A stretch of 63,951 nucleotides of DNA, counting the filler, from an uncultured bacterium (GTDB lineage Bacteria; Latescibacterota; UBA2968): NCBI GenBank assembly GCA_964471275.1. It is 4 parts of 4 records of this genome, joined end to end, with 100 filler letters (N's around TTAATTAATTAA, not from the genome) between each part and the next. Parts side by side here need not be neighbours in the genome. Positions count along the whole stretch, not along the records: positions 1 to 17,595 come from CAYYGZ010000079.1; 3 more parts are not named here. The stretch is one strand, 5' to 3'. Positions 1-10,016 of the stretch are shown piece after piece. The notes beneath the pieces are model-generated. The model did no database searches, had not been told where the DNA came from, and saw nothing but the letters and a program-made list of their open reading frames with translations. The stretch's first letter is position 1. Each line of letters begins with the position of its first letter. The position numbers and the translations under genes are program-made.

Positions 1-1
1 T

Positions 2-1006
2 TCCCGGAACCTGGGCACGGAGCTCGATCGTCGATACTACACGACCGAGGTGTGTGGCTGTCATCTCATTATTCTTGACACATCTGCCTGGGATCCTGAG
101 GGGGAGCAGGCTGAGTGGTTCCGCACCACGTTGGGACGTGCGTCCGAACGAGGGGGACCGGTCTTTGTTTTCGGGCATCATCCCGTCTGGACCGTCACCA
201 AGGCTTTCTACTCGAATCGTGCCTTCTGTCAGAGCGTTCTGTCCATCGTTGACGAAACGAGTGTCGATGCTTATTTCTGCGGGCATACCCACAACCAGAG
301 CGTGCTGTCACACCGCGCCGGCAGCCAACCTTTTCTCCAGTTTATGGGAGCGCCCATCGGCCATCCCGATGAGCTGCCGACTCCGCTTGATCGCGTACAC
401 TCCCTGCTCCTCGATCCCGACGAGGTTATCGATTACTGGCCCGGGTATCTCGAGAATACTGCACCGGGATGGTATATCGTACATGTGGATGAGGGGCACG
501 TCGATGTGTCCTGGTATCATCTAGGCCGTGGCCCTGAGGCTGATGTTTCCTGGAGAGAAGCTGGGCACGTCGATCAATTCTGGTATGTCCAGCATCCTCC
601 CGACGCCGTCCTGATCACGCGCGATCTGACTGCTCTTCGTCGGTTGAGCCTGCGATACTGTGCTTGGGACGCCATTCGGCCAGGGAAACGCGTCAGACTC
701 AACGGAACGGATGTTGGAGAGTTGCCTGCTTCCGCACAATTCGCCCCCAGACAGGTGGATCTCCCGCTCTCCGCGGTCTCCGCCCTTGACGTTGTCAATT
801 GCGTCGAGATTGATGCACCGGGTGTCGAAGCTCCGACGATTGGCAATCTGCAGTTGGAAGGTGTGCTTCCCGGTGGTCGCATCGTACGCACACGCCCAAC
901 CGGTGAAGTCTTTACCTGGTCAGACCGGTGGGATCCCTGGAAACTCCCTCGTCTGGAAAAAGTCATGCCCGGGCGTCCTCTACGCGCCCTGCTGAGCTTC
1001 CAGTAA
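2..1006 (+). CDS. Calcineurin-like metallophosphoesterase with C-terminal beta-sandwich extension (5'-partial)
   Basis: Frame is open from the window start. It has GHHP and CGHTH metal-binding motifs, and a C-terminal 'VRLNG...N.VEI' beta-rich domain. Confidence 0.75.
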   Translation, partial: SRNLGTELDRRYYTTEVCGCHLIILDTSAWDPEGEQAEWFRTTLGRASERGGPVFVFGHHPVWTVTKAFYSNRAFCQSVLSIVDETSVDAYFCGHTHNQSVLSHRAGSQPFLQFMGAPIGHPDELPTPLDRVHSLLLDPDEVIDYWPGYLENTAPGWYIVHVDEGHVDVSWYHLGRGPEADVSWREAGHVDQFWYVQHPPDAVLITRDLTALRRLSLRYCAWDAIRPGKRVRLNGTDVGELPASAQFAPRQVDLPLSAVSALDVVNCVEIDAPGVEAPTIGNLQLEGVLPGGRIVRTRPTGEVFTWSDRWDPWKLPRLEKVMPGRPLRALLSFQ

Positions 1007-1016
1007 GGGCTGGCGT

Positions 1017-3095
1017 GTGACCGAACCTGCCTACACAAACCGGCTGGCGGACGAGACAAGCCCATACCTCATCCAGCACGCACACAATCCCGTCGATTGG
1101 TATCCGTGGGGGAATGAGGCCTTTGCGCTCGCCTGCAAAGAGGGCAAACCGGTATTCCTGAGTGTCGGTTACTCCGCCTGTCACTGGTGCCACGTCATGG
1201 CGCACGAGTCCTTCGAGGATGAAGAGACCGCAGTGCTGATGAACGAGCATTACGTGAACATCAAAGTCGATCGAGAAGAGCGGCCTGATGTTGACGAGAT
1301 CTACATGAATGCTGTTCAGATGATGACTCAGCAAGGCGGTTGGCCCATGAGTGTGTTCATGACACCGGACGGGCACCCTTTCTACGGGGGTACGTATTTT
1401 CCCCCAGACGGCCGGTATGGACGACCGGGGTTCCGTCAGGTTCTGTTGAGCATCTCCGAGTTTTACAAGACGAAACGAAGCGAAGTCGATCGGGCGATTG
1501 AAGGTTTGATGGAGGGCCTGGACCGGATCGGAACGCTGCCTGGTCCTGACGAGACCCTCGCGTCAGATCTGGTCTCACAGAGTGCTTCGGCGCTTGCCCA
1601 AAGCTTCGATGCGCGCGATGGGGGATTCGGTTCACAACCCAAGTTCCCGAACACCATGAGTCTGGAGGTGTTACTCCGGAACTACGTGAGAAGCGGGCAG
1701 CTAGAAGATCTGGAGCGGGTGACCATGACACTCGAGCGGATGGCGCTTGGAGGGATCTACGATCACCTTGGCGGCGGCTTCCACCGATACAGTGTCGATC
1801 ATAAGTGGCTTGTACCGCACTTCGAGAAGATGCTTTACGACAACGCGTTGCTGGCGAAGCTCTATCTCCAGGTTTACCAGATCACCGGCAATGCCCTGTT
1901 TCTCGGTGTGGGCACAGAGATACTCGACTACGTCCTGCGCGAAATGGTTGCCGAGGAGGGGGGCTTCTGCTCGACGCAGGATGCCGATACAGAAGGCGAG
2001 GAGGGCCGATTCTTTGTCTGGACCCCAGAGGAGGTCCACGCTCTCCTTGGAGCAGATGCGGCAGAAATCTTCTGTGCGGCATACGACGTTCACGAAATAG
2101 GGAACTTCGAGGGCAAGAGCATCCTGAATCAACCGGTCGGTCTGGACGATGTTGCGCGAGACCTGGGATGTACGCGAGGTGAACTAGACGCCGTGCTTGG
2201 TGACGGACGGCAGAAGCTGTTCTCTGCCAGGGCCAGGCGTGAGGCACCGGGCAGAGATGACAAGATCCAAGTGAGTTGGAACGGGCTGATGATCACCGCG
2301 CTGGCGCTCGGATATCAGGTGACGGGGGAGCAACGATTTGTCGATGCGGCGGTAAGGAGCAGTGAGTTCATTTTGAGCCGTATGGTGCAGGCCGATGGTC
2401 GCCTCTTGCACAGCTTCAAGGACGGGAGAGCGCGTCACAACGGTTATCTCGATGACTATGGTGGGCTGATGAACGGGCTGATCGACCTGTATGAATCGAC
2501 GTTCGAGAGTCGGTTTCTCGGGCAGGCCACGTCACTCGCCGAGATCACGATCGAACAGTTTTGGGATGATGGTGGGAGTGCCTTCTTCTACACAGGTATC
2601 GATCACGAAACTTTGATCGTCCGATCAAAGAATCCATACGACAACGCAACCCCATCTGGAAATTCCCTCACGTGTCTGGCGCTTCTCCGGCTCGGAGCGA
2701 TGATGCGACGGGACGACTTCACGGATAAGGCAGAGCGGACGCTGCGTCGGTTCCAGCCCTACCTCAAGGAGACTCCGAACGGTTTTGCCCAGATGATCTG
2801 TGCAGCGGACCACGCGCTGACGGGTGGCGTGGAGGTTACCGTGGTGGGCACGGACGGACGTGACGCGCTTGTTGAGCAGGCGCATCGGGTCTGGACTCCC
2901 TGTCGTGTATTAGCGGTCGGGCGCGATGATAACGTGCCTGTGACCAGGGAGTACGAAGAAACAGGGAATCTGGCCACCGCCTACGTCTGTCGCAACCAGA
3001 CCTGCTCGGCACCGATGACCGACCCGGACGATCTGAGGAAGATCCTGGCTGTTGTGGGGTTTGAATCACAGGCACGGATTAGCCATCAGGATTGA
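1017..3095 (+). CDS. Thioredoxin-domain protein, YyaL/DUF255 (SPATA20-like) family
   Basis: [49 protein letters not shown] and C-terminal AYVC..QTC motifs. Confidence 0.92.
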   Translation: MTEPAYTNRLADETSPYLIQHAHNPVDWYPWGNEAFALACKEGKPVFLSVGYSACHWCHVMAHESFEDEETAVLMNEHYVNIKVDREERPDVDEIYMNAVQMMTQQGGWPMSVFMTPDGHPFYGGTYFPPDGRYGRPGFRQVLLSISEFYKTKRSEVDRAIEGLMEGLDRIGTLPGPDETLASDLVSQSASALAQSFDARDGGFGSQPKFPNTMSLEVLLRNYVRSGQLEDLERVTMTLERMALGGIYDHLGGGFHRYSVDHKWLVPHFEKMLYDNALLAKLYLQVYQITGNALFLGVGTEILDYVLREMVAEEGGFCSTQDADTEGEEGRFFVWTPEEVHALLGADAAEIFCAAYDVHEIGNFEGKSILNQPVGLDDVARDLGCTRGELDAVLGDGRQKLFSARARREAPGRDDKIQVSWNGLMITALALGYQVTGEQRFVDAAVRSSEFILSRMVQADGRLLHSFKDGRARHNGYLDDYGGLMNGLIDLYESTFESRFLGQATSLAEITIEQFWDDGGSAFFYTGIDHETLIVRSKNPYDNATPSGNSLTCLALLRLGAMMRRDDFTDKAERTLRRFQPYLKETPNGFAQMICAADHALTGGVEVTVVGTDGRDALVEQAHRVWTPCRVLAVGRDDNVPVTREYEETGNLATAYVCRNQTCSAPMTDPDDLRKILAVVGFESQARISHQD

Positions 3096-3120
3096 CAGAG
3101 ATTCTGTAAAAACATATATT
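3092..3120 (+). promoter_or_regulatory. Sigma70-type promoter for the yicC-gmk-rpoZ-coaBC operon
   Basis: TTGACA (3092-3097), 17-nt spacer, TATATT (3115-3120), about 50 nt upstream of the yicC ATG. Confidence 0.65.
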
Positions 3121-3169
3121 TGCAGGCTTTGAGCCCCTAATCACCCTCTCAAACAGACAGACCCCAACT

Positions 3170-4045
3170 ATGCTAGCGAGCATGACAGGCTTCGGCAAAT
3201 CTGATGTCGAAGCGAACGGAACACGAGCCAGCGTGGAGGTCCGGACAGTCAACGGGCGGTATGGCGACGTCTCGCTCCATCTGCCAAGGTATCTGTCAGA
3301 ACTCGAGCCCAGAATCAAGGATCTGGTTCTGTCTAGGATATCCCGAGGCCGCATCGATGTGTCCATCTCTTTGCAGAGCGAGGGGGTAAGTCAAGGCATC
3401 CCGGCGGTAAACGAAGTCGTCGTCGACGCCTATCTTGTCGAGTTCGGGAAGCTGAAGGCTCGAGGCCTCTCTGGCGATCCCACCGTCTCAACCCTTGCCG
3501 CACTCCCGAACACATTCACCTTCGAAACACCCCAGGTGGATGTGGAAGCACTCTGGACGGTGCTGGAGGAAGGTTGCCGCGAAGCTGTCGCGGAATGTCA
3601 ACGCATGCGACGTGTCGAGGGAGAGAAGCTCGCAGAGGATTTCAGGGCTCGCATCGATGCACTCAAAGACTTGATTGGCCAGGTGGAAACCCTTGCCCCG
3701 ACGCGTGTCGAGTCGGCTAAGAAGCGGATAGAGGAGAAAATTGAGGCACTGCTGACACCCGAATCCGTCGATCAGAGCCGACTAATGATGGAGGTTGCCA
3801 TTCTGGCAGAGCGATCGGACATTACCGAGGAATGTGTCCGTTTTCACAGTCATAATTCCCAGTTTCTCGATACCCTGGAGCGGGAGGACACAGTCGGTCG
3901 CCGGTTGAATTTTCTCTTGCAGGAGATGCTCCGGGAAGCGAATACCATCGGCTCCAAAGCCGGGAATGCGCAAATCGCGCATCTCGTGGTCGAAATGAAG
4001 GAAGAGATCGAGAAGCTCAAGGAGCAGGTTCTCAACGTTGAGTGA
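3170..4045 (+). CDS. yicC: YicC/YloC family endoribonuclease
   Basis: SMTGFG N-terminus, RTVNGRY, DITEE, GRRLNFLLQEMLREANTIGSK, EQVLNVE end. Sits upstream of gmk as usual. Confidence 0.95.
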   Translation: MLASMTGFGKSDVEANGTRASVEVRTVNGRYGDVSLHLPRYLSELEPRIKDLVLSRISRGRIDVSISLQSEGVSQGIPAVNEVVVDAYLVEFGKLKARGLSGDPTVSTLAALPNTFTFETPQVDVEALWTVLEEGCREAVAECQRMRRVEGEKLAEDFRARIDALKDLIGQVETLAPTRVESAKKRIEEKIEALLTPESVDQSRLMMEVAILAERSDITEECVRFHSHNSQFLDTLEREDTVGRRLNFLLQEMLREANTIGSKAGNAQIAHLVVEMKEEIEKLKEQVLNVE

Positions 4046-4704
4046 TTATGGCGGACGGGATGGTCATATCCTCTGATCAAGAGGCGCTGTTCACTTCACA
4101 CGCCGATGCATTCGCTCTCGTGGTGTCCGGGCCTTCCGGTGTCGGAAAAACCTCGGTCTGCAAGACGCTGATCGATCGTGACGACCGCATCAAACCGGTT
4201 GTGACGACGACGACCCGACCTCGGCGGAATGGCGAGACCGACGGGATCGATTACCATTTTGTGACAGGCGAGCAGTATGATGCCCTTCTGTCCGAAGACG
4301 CGTTTCTCGAGCACGCCACTGTGCACGGATTTTGCTACGGGACGACCCGGGAAGCTTTCCGCGCGGCGCTCGAGTGTGCAGACATTGTGGTGGTGGAGAT
4401 CGATGTTCAGGGTGCCCAGACACTCCGTGACGCCTTGGATGAGCACTGCGTCTCTGTCTTCATCCTGCCGCCCTCACTCGAGGAGGTGAGCGAACGACTG
4501 GCCGGAAGAAATTCGGAGGACCGGGCAGAATTGAAGGTGCGGACGGAGAATGCCAAGAATGAGATGGTCCACGCACCGCAGTATGACTACGTGATCGTCA
4601 ATCACGAACTTGCACAGGCGATCGGTGATATCGAATGCATCGTGTGCTCCGAGCGGTGTCGGCCTGCCAGGCAACGAACCCTGTTGGATTCGCTGAATAT
4701 CTGA
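4042..4704 (+). CDS. gmk: Guanylate kinase
   Basis: SGPSGVGKT P-loop, TTRPRRNGETDGIDYHF, EIDVQGA, FILPPS. Confidence 0.95.
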   Translation: MIMADGMVISSDQEALFTSHADAFALVVSGPSGVGKTSVCKTLIDRDDRIKPVVTTTTRPRRNGETDGIDYHFVTGEQYDALLSEDAFLEHATVHGFCYGTTREAFRAALECADIVVVEIDVQGAQTLRDALDEHCVSVFILPPSLEEVSERLAGRNSEDRAELKVRTENAKNEMVHAPQYDYVIVNHELAQAIGDIECIVCSERCRPARQRTLLDSLNI

Positions 4705-4738
4705 TCAACCAAAGCGATCAGGAAAAGGAGACAGCACT

Positions 4739-4987
4739 ATGGCGAAGACGTTCTATTTCGAGGAGTTGACCAACGTTGGAATCAACCCGTATGAGGCCGT
4801 TATCGCTTCCTCGCGCGAGGCACGACGGCTGAACCAGGACCGGTTGATGTCCGATACGGCTGAAGGTCCGGATAAGATGACCACGGTTGCCCTCGATCGT
4901 GTCGTTCAGGGGAAGCTCGATATTGGGTATGGCCCGGGAAGCTCGGATGAACAGGCTGACAAAAACGAAGGTTCTGCTGGGCGTTAG
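4739..4987 (+). CDS. rpoZ: DNA-directed RNA polymerase subunit omega
   Basis: NPYEAVIASSREARRLN motif, strong AGGAG RBS, located between gmk and coaBC. Confidence 0.85.
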   Translation: MAKTFYFEELTNVGINPYEAVIASSREARRLNQDRLMSDTAEGPDKMTTVALDRVVQGKLDIGYGPGSSDEQADKNEGSAGR

Positions 4988-6146
4988 CGGCGGGATCGCA
5001 GCGTATAAGGCGGTAGAGATCTTGCGGCGTCTGCAGACCGAGGGTGCCGAGGTACGCGTTGTGATGACGGAAGCCGCGCGGAAGTTTATTCAGCCGCTCA
5101 CCTTCGAGGCACTTTCACAGCGCAGGGCCGAGTTCGACCTGTTTCCGGATTCGGGTGACTCGACCATCAAACATATCGAATTGGCCCAGTGGCCGGACGC
5201 GATTCTGATCGCTCCGGCCACTGCGCATGTATTGGGTCGGGCCGCAAACGGTCTGGCAGACGATCTCCTGACGAGCCTCCTGCTTGCGACCGATGCGCAA
5301 GTCTTTGCAGCACCGGCCATGGAAACCCGGATGTATCAAAATCCGGCTGTCCAGACGAACCTGGATGTCCTGCGGTCGCGTGGGTATACATTGATTGGGC
5401 CGGCAAGCGGGACGCTCGCCTCCGGAGCCTGTGGCCCCGGCCGAATGGAAGAACCGGAGGACGTGACCGAGACATTGATCGATGCGCTGACTGGAACCGG
5501 TGACCTGTCCGACAAACACGTCCTGGTCACGGCAGGCAGGACCGAAGAGGATATCGACCCGGTTCGCTTCATCACGAATCGATCGACCGGAAAGATGGGC
5601 TTCGCGGTTGCCGAGCGAGCTGCGGCCCGGGGCGGCCGGGTAACCCTGGTGTCCGGACCGAGCGATGAGCAGACACCCAAAGGCTGCGAACGGGTAGATA
5701 TTCGGACCGTCGCAGAGATGGAAGCGGCAACACGCAGTGCGTTCGATGATGCGGACGTGCTGGTCATGACGGCAGCAGTGCTCGATTTCAGGGCTTCCCA
5801 GGTCTCAGACCACAAGATCAAGAAAGATGGCCAGCCGTTATCTGTGCATCTGAAGCCAACACACGACTTCCTGGCCGACCTCGGTCGGGACAAGGGTGAT
5901 CGTGTCGTCGTTGGTTTTGCCGTGGAGACTGACGACGCAGAACAGAACGCAAGACGGAAGCTGGAGACCAAAGGTCTGGATCTGATCGTTCTGAACGACC
6001 TGAACGTGACCGGCGCGGGTTTTGGTGTGGATACAAATGTCGTCACCCTCTTCGACAGAGATGGCAACCGCACAGCGCTCGATCTGATGACCAAGCTTGC
6101 GGTGTCCGATCACATCCTTGACTGGGTCGTTGACCGATGGAGATAG
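4947..6146 (+). CDS. coaBC: Bifunctional phosphopantothenoylcysteine decarboxylase / phosphopantothenate-cysteine ligase
   Basis: GVSGGIAAYK, APATA, PAMETRM, GPGRM, TAGRTEEDIDPVRFITNRSTGKMG, GFAVET. ATG at 4947 overlaps the rpoZ 3' end. Confidence 0.95.
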   Translation: MNRLTKTKVLLGVSGGIAAYKAVEILRRLQTEGAEVRVVMTEAARKFIQPLTFEALSQRRAEFDLFPDSGDSTIKHIELAQWPDAILIAPATAHVLGRAANGLADDLLTSLLLATDAQVFAAPAMETRMYQNPAVQTNLDVLRSRGYTLIGPASGTLASGACGPGRMEEPEDVTETLIDALTGTGDLSDKHVLVTAGRTEEDIDPVRFITNRSTGKMGFAVAERAAARGGRVTLVSGPSDEQTPKGCERVDIRTVAEMEAATRSAFDDADVLVMTAAVLDFRASQVSDHKIKKDGQPLSVHLKPTHDFLADLGRDKGDRVVVGFAVETDDAEQNARRKLETKGLDLIVLNDLNVTGAGFGVDTNVVTLFDRDGNRTALDLMTKLAVSDHILDWVVDRWR

Positions 6147-6830
6147 ATGGCACAGATCCAGTTGCGGCAGCACGCGACTTTCTTGTATTTCAGAAGGAGC
6201 TTGGTGTCACGGATGTGCCTATGGCTTCCCCAGCTGCCGACCCACCCGATCTAACCGAGCGATCTGATCGAGCCTCAGACCTAGAAGCAGATTCACTCAA
6301 AGCATTTGAGCTGCGGATCCAAGGTTGCAGTGATTGCGGCTTGTGTGAAGGGCGGAATCACGTTGTCTTCGGTGGCGGCAACCCGACGGCTAATATCGTG
6401 TTTGTCGGCGAGGCGCCCGGTCGTGAGGAAGATCTGAAGGGCCTTCCCTTTGTGGGGGCGGCTGGNNNNNNNNNNAGGGATTCATCTCGATCGTCAGGAT
6501 GTCTATATCGCAAACATCATCAAGTGCCGGCCCCCCGGTAACCGCGATCCCCAGGCTGACGAGATCGAGCGATGTGAACCTCATCTGCTCAGGCAGATCG
6601 AGCTGATACAACCGTCCATTATCTGTGCGCTGGGTCGGTTTGCCGCCCAGACACTTCTCAAATCGACGACGTCTATTGGACGTCTTCGCGGCAAGGTCTA
6701 CAGCTACAATGGCATCAAGCTCATCCCGACCTATCATCCGGCGGCGCTGCTCCGGAACTCGCAGTGGAAGCGACCGACGTGGGAGGACCTAAAGCGCTTA
6801 CGGTTCGAATATGATGGCACCCAGATCTAG
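6137..6830 (+). CDS. Uracil-DNA glycosylase family 4 (Fe-S type), interrupted by a 10-N scaffold gap
   Basis: CxxC.LC, GEAPG.EED..G.PFVG.AG before the gap at 6466-6475. [12 protein letters not shown] and TYHPAALLR after it. Confidence 0.92.
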
Positions 6831-6845
6831 TCAGGGGATTCCGGT

Positions 6846-8225
6846 ATGGCGATAGAAAGACCGCTGTCGCAGGGCTCCGACCGTGTCACGCCCAACGAGA
6901 TCGAAGTCGAGAAGGCCGTTCTCGGTGCGATGCTGATCGACAACGAATCGATCAGTCGGGTCGTCGAGGCGCTCGGCGATGAGAGCGCGTTCTACAACTC
7001 AGTCCACCGGAAGGTCTACAAGGCGATTCTCACTCTGTTCGACAGGGGAGAGCCCGCCGATCAGGTGACGGTCTCTGAAGAGCTGTCGAGGGAGGGCACG
7101 CTCGAATCGGTCGGTGGTGCGGCCACTATCGCAGCGCTCGCCAGTGAGATGGCCACATCCGTGAATGCCGAGTTTCACGCCAAGATCGTGCTTGAATCTG
7201 CGCTGAGGCGCAGGTTGATCAATTCTGCGACTCAGACAGTTGAAGAATCCTACCAGAAGACAGAAGATATCCGCGAGGTCATCGATCGGGCAGAACAGCG
7301 GATCTTCAGCATCGCGGAGCGGGAGCTTGGAAAAGGGGTAGTCTCGCTGAGCAGCGTACTGGACGAGACGTTCGAGGCGATCGAACGGGCCCACCAGAAC
7401 AAAGATGAGCTCTCGGGAGTCACGTCCGGCTATGAGGAACTGGATGAGATCTCGGGAGGCTTTCAGCGGTCGGATCTTGTGATTCTGGCGGCGCGTCCGG
7501 CTATGGGAAAGACCGCGCTGGGGCTGTGCATCGCGCGAAACGCTGCCGTCAAGCAGCGTATCCCTGTGCTGTTTTTTTCCTTGGAAATGGCGACACATCA
7601 GCTTGCACAGCGGCTGCTGGTTGCGGAGGCTCGTGTGGACTTTCACAAGCTGCGGACTGGTAACCTGCGCGAAGAGGATTGGCAGCGTCTCGGTACCTGG
7701 ACCGGTAAGCTGATGGAAGCGCCGATCTACATCGACGACACGGCGAGCATCTCGATCATGGAAATGCGCGCAAAGGCGCGAAGAGCGAAATCAGAGCATG
7801 ATATCGGCATGATCGTCGTCGACTATCTGCAGCTTATGACAGCGCACGGACGCGCGGATAGCCGCGAGCAGGAGATCGCACTGATATCGAGATCGCTCAA
7901 GGCCCTGGCGAAGGAACTGGATGTTCCGATCATTGCGCTCGCGCAGTTGTCACGTGCGGTGGAACAGCGACCGGACAAGCGACCGATCATGTCAGATCTC
8001 CGTGAATCAGGGAGTATCGAGCAGGATGCTGACATGGTGATGTTTCTGTTCCGGCCCGAGGTCTACAAGATCGAGGATGAGGAAGGGAACACCCAGGAAG
8101 GAGTCTCCGAGATCATCATCGGAAAACACAGGAACGGGCCGACAGGGAGTGTTTTTCTCACTTTCCTCGGGCAGTACAGCCGGTTCGAGAACCCTGAACT
8201 CTATCGCGATCCACTAGAAATCTGA
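6846..8225 (+). CDS. dnaB: Replicative DNA helicase
   Basis: AARPAMGKT, FSLEM, IVVDYLQLM, AQLSRAVEQR, SDLRESGSIEQDAD, KHRNGPTG. 459 aa, no intein. Confidence 0.97.
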   Translation: MAIERPLSQGSDRVTPNEIEVEKAVLGAMLIDNESISRVVEALGDESAFYNSVHRKVYKAILTLFDRGEPADQVTVSEELSREGTLESVGGAATIAALASEMATSVNAEFHAKIVLESALRRRLINSATQTVEESYQKTEDIREVIDRAEQRIFSIAERELGKGVVSLSSVLDETFEAIERAHQNKDELSGVTSGYEELDEISGGFQRSDLVILAARPAMGKTALGLCIARNAAVKQRIPVLFFSLEMATHQLAQRLLVAEARVDFHKLRTGNLREEDWQRLGTWTGKLMEAPIYIDDTASISIMEMRAKARRAKSEHDIGMIVVDYLQLMTAHGRADSREQEIALISRSLKALAKELDVPIIALAQLSRAVEQRPDKRPIMSDLRESGSIEQDADMVMFLFRPEVYKIEDEEGNTQEGVSEIIIGKHRNGPTGSVFLTFLGQYSRFENPELYRDPLEI

Positions 8226-8252
8226 ATCACGGATAGCGGTGATGTGCCTGCT

Positions 8253-8281
8253 TTGACTTGGGGTGCCGATTCACTTACAAT
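8253..8281 (+). promoter_or_regulatory. Sigma70-type promoter upstream of the kptA-cyclase-trk cluster
   Basis: TTGACT (8253-8258), 17-nt spacer, TACAAT (8276-8281). Confidence 0.65.
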
Positions 8282-8336
8282 CAGTAGTAAGTTCATTTAA
8301 AACACGTTTTTCTGATCCCTGAAAGGTTTCTCCTAT

Positions 8337-9056
8337 ATGTCAGCACCCTCTTCTGTTGTTCGTCTTTCGAAGTTGCTCTCGCTGATGCTTCGGCATCGGC
8401 CGCAAGAGTTCGGTGTCGAGGTCGATACGCAGGGCTATGCCGACCTCGACGCCGTTGTCGAAGCCCTCCAGACGAAGGATGCGCAGATTGGTGTCACGGA
8501 AGTCGAAGGCATCGTGGACGGTACAGAGAAGAAACGTTTCGAGATCGTTGATGGACGGATTCGGGCTCGATACGGGCACAGTTTCCGTGTCGATCTGGGG
8601 CTTGATCCGGCAGAACCACCTGAAGCTCTCTACAAGGGCGTGGCGCCGAAGGATCTCGATGCCACCTTAGACGGGGGACTCAAGCCTTTCGATCGACAGT
8701 ATGTGCATCTGTCCTACGATGCCGATGTGGCCGCGCGTCTGGGTCGTGGGGGGAACGCGGTTGTTCGAATCGATGCCTTGGCCGCCCACGAGGGAGGCGT
8801 CGCGTTCTTCGATTGCGGTCCGACGATGCTGACCGAACTCGTTCCGGCGGAGTTTCTGACGCTTGAACGAGAGGCCCCGGAGCGAGCACCACGACCGGAA
8901 AGGCGTGATTCTTCTCAGCGATCCACAGCCCCCACAGCCCCCACAGCCCCCACAGCTCCCACAGCCCCTGCACCCTTGGCCGCAGACCCCGCAGAACCCG
9001 CGGAATCCACCGAACCACCGAAGTATGGGCGCCGACGTCAGTCCAAGCGGCGCTAG
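8337..9056 (+). CDS. kptA: RNA 2'-phosphotransferase (KptA/Tpt1 family) with low-complexity C-terminal tail
   Basis: SKLLSLMLRH, KKRF, IRARYGHS, GLKP..RQYVHLS motifs. Confidence 0.88.
   Translation: MSAPSSVVRLSKLLSLMLRHRPQEFGVEVDTQGYADLDAVVEALQTKDAQIGVTEVEGIVDGTEKKRFEIVDGRIRARYGHSFRVDLGLDPAEPPEALYKGVAPKDLDATLDGGLKPFDRQYVHLSYDADVAARLGRGGNAVVRIDALAAHEGGVAFFDCGPTMLTELVPAEFLTLEREAPERAPRPERRDSSQRSTAPTAPTAPTAPTAPAPLAADPAEPAESTEPPKYGRRRQSKRR
8923..8967 (+). repeat. 9-bp tandem repeat (CCACAGCCC) x5, encoding (PTA)n in the KptA tail
   Basis: Read directly from the sequence. One copy is the CCACAGCTC variant. Confidence 0.9.
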
Positions 9057-9106
9057 GAAGCCCATCGCTACGAGGGGGGAGTGTTGAGCTCTCCTGGAGA
9101 AGCCCG

Positions 9107-10015
9107 TTGGACCAGCCTCGCAAAAAAACGAATCATACCGCCGCACTTCTCGTTGCCGCACGGGATCTGGCCAGCAAGACCAAGGCTGATCTGATTCTGA
9201 TCGTGGCAGATTCATCCGTGCCCCGTAAACACGTTGAAGAACTGAACGCATCCTCACAGGTGCTGGTCGTCACGTCCGCAGAGCGGTTTCTGAGAGGGGT
9301 GGAGGCGAGCGGAGTTTGGCGGATTCACTATGATGCCCACGTCGATGATCTCTCACACTTCGAGCGAGTTCGCACGGGGATCGTGTTAGGCATGGAGGGT
9401 GGGTATATCCGTCGTGGCAGCCGATTGGTCTGTCTGACAAACATGGTCGACCGACGCGGTCTGGATGCGATGGTCGTCGTGGATACCAGCCGCGGGTTCG
9501 AGGGATATCATCCCGACAGCATCGCCGAACTTGCCGGAGACCTGCCGATCGAGGTGGTGCGCTCCCTCCTGGATATAGCGGTCGATATTGGCCGCGAGGG
9601 CAGGGAAGGCGACCCCGTGGGGACGCTTTTCGTTATCGGCGACGTAGACAAGGTATTGCGCAACTCGAGAGCGATGACCTTCGATCCGTTCCGTGGCTAC
9701 TCGGAGCGCGAGAAGAATATTACCAACCCGGACATCCGTGAGGGCATCAAGGAAGTGGCACTGATGGACGGTGCATTCATCATTCAGGATGACGGGGTGG
9801 TTCTGACAGCCGGTAGGTATATCTCCTCGGATGTCCAGGGTCTGATGCTGCCGAAGGGACTTGGCGCCCGTCACGTTGCGGCGGCATCGATCACCAAGGG
9901 TACGAGAGCCATCGCGCTCGCCGTGTCGGAGACAACCGGTACGGTGCGTGCGTTCAAGCGTGGGGAGATCGTAATGCGTATCGACCCGCCGCGCAGACGG
10001 TTGAGGCACAAGTAG
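9107..10015 (+). CDS. Diadenylate cyclase (DisA_N domain with N-terminal extension, DacZ-like)
   Basis: EGREG..VGTLFVIGD, DGAFII, GLGARHVAAASIT, AVSETTG. These match the DAC catalytic DGA and RHx motifs. Confidence 0.88.
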   Translation: MDQPRKKTNHTAALLVAARDLASKTKADLILIVADSSVPRKHVEELNASSQVLVVTSAERFLRGVEASGVWRIHYDAHVDDLSHFERVRTGIVLGMEGGYIRRGSRLVCLTNMVDRRGLDAMVVVDTSRGFEGYHPDSIAELAGDLPIEVVRSLLDIAVDIGREGREGDPVGTLFVIGDVDKVLRNSRAMTFDPFRGYSEREKNITNPDIREGIKEVALMDGAFIIQDDGVVLTAGRYISSDVQGLMLPKGLGARHVAAASITKGTRAIALAVSETTGTVRAFKRGEIVMRIDPPRRRLRHK

Positions 10016-10016
10016 C

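Noticed and set aside
6466..6475. Frameshift in udg (and similarly in the DegT gene at 27232-27241)
   Set aside because: The break coincides with a 10-N scaffold gap, so it is an assembly artefact.
6846..8225. Intein in dnaB
   Set aside because: The protein is 459 aa with contiguous motifs and no insertion.
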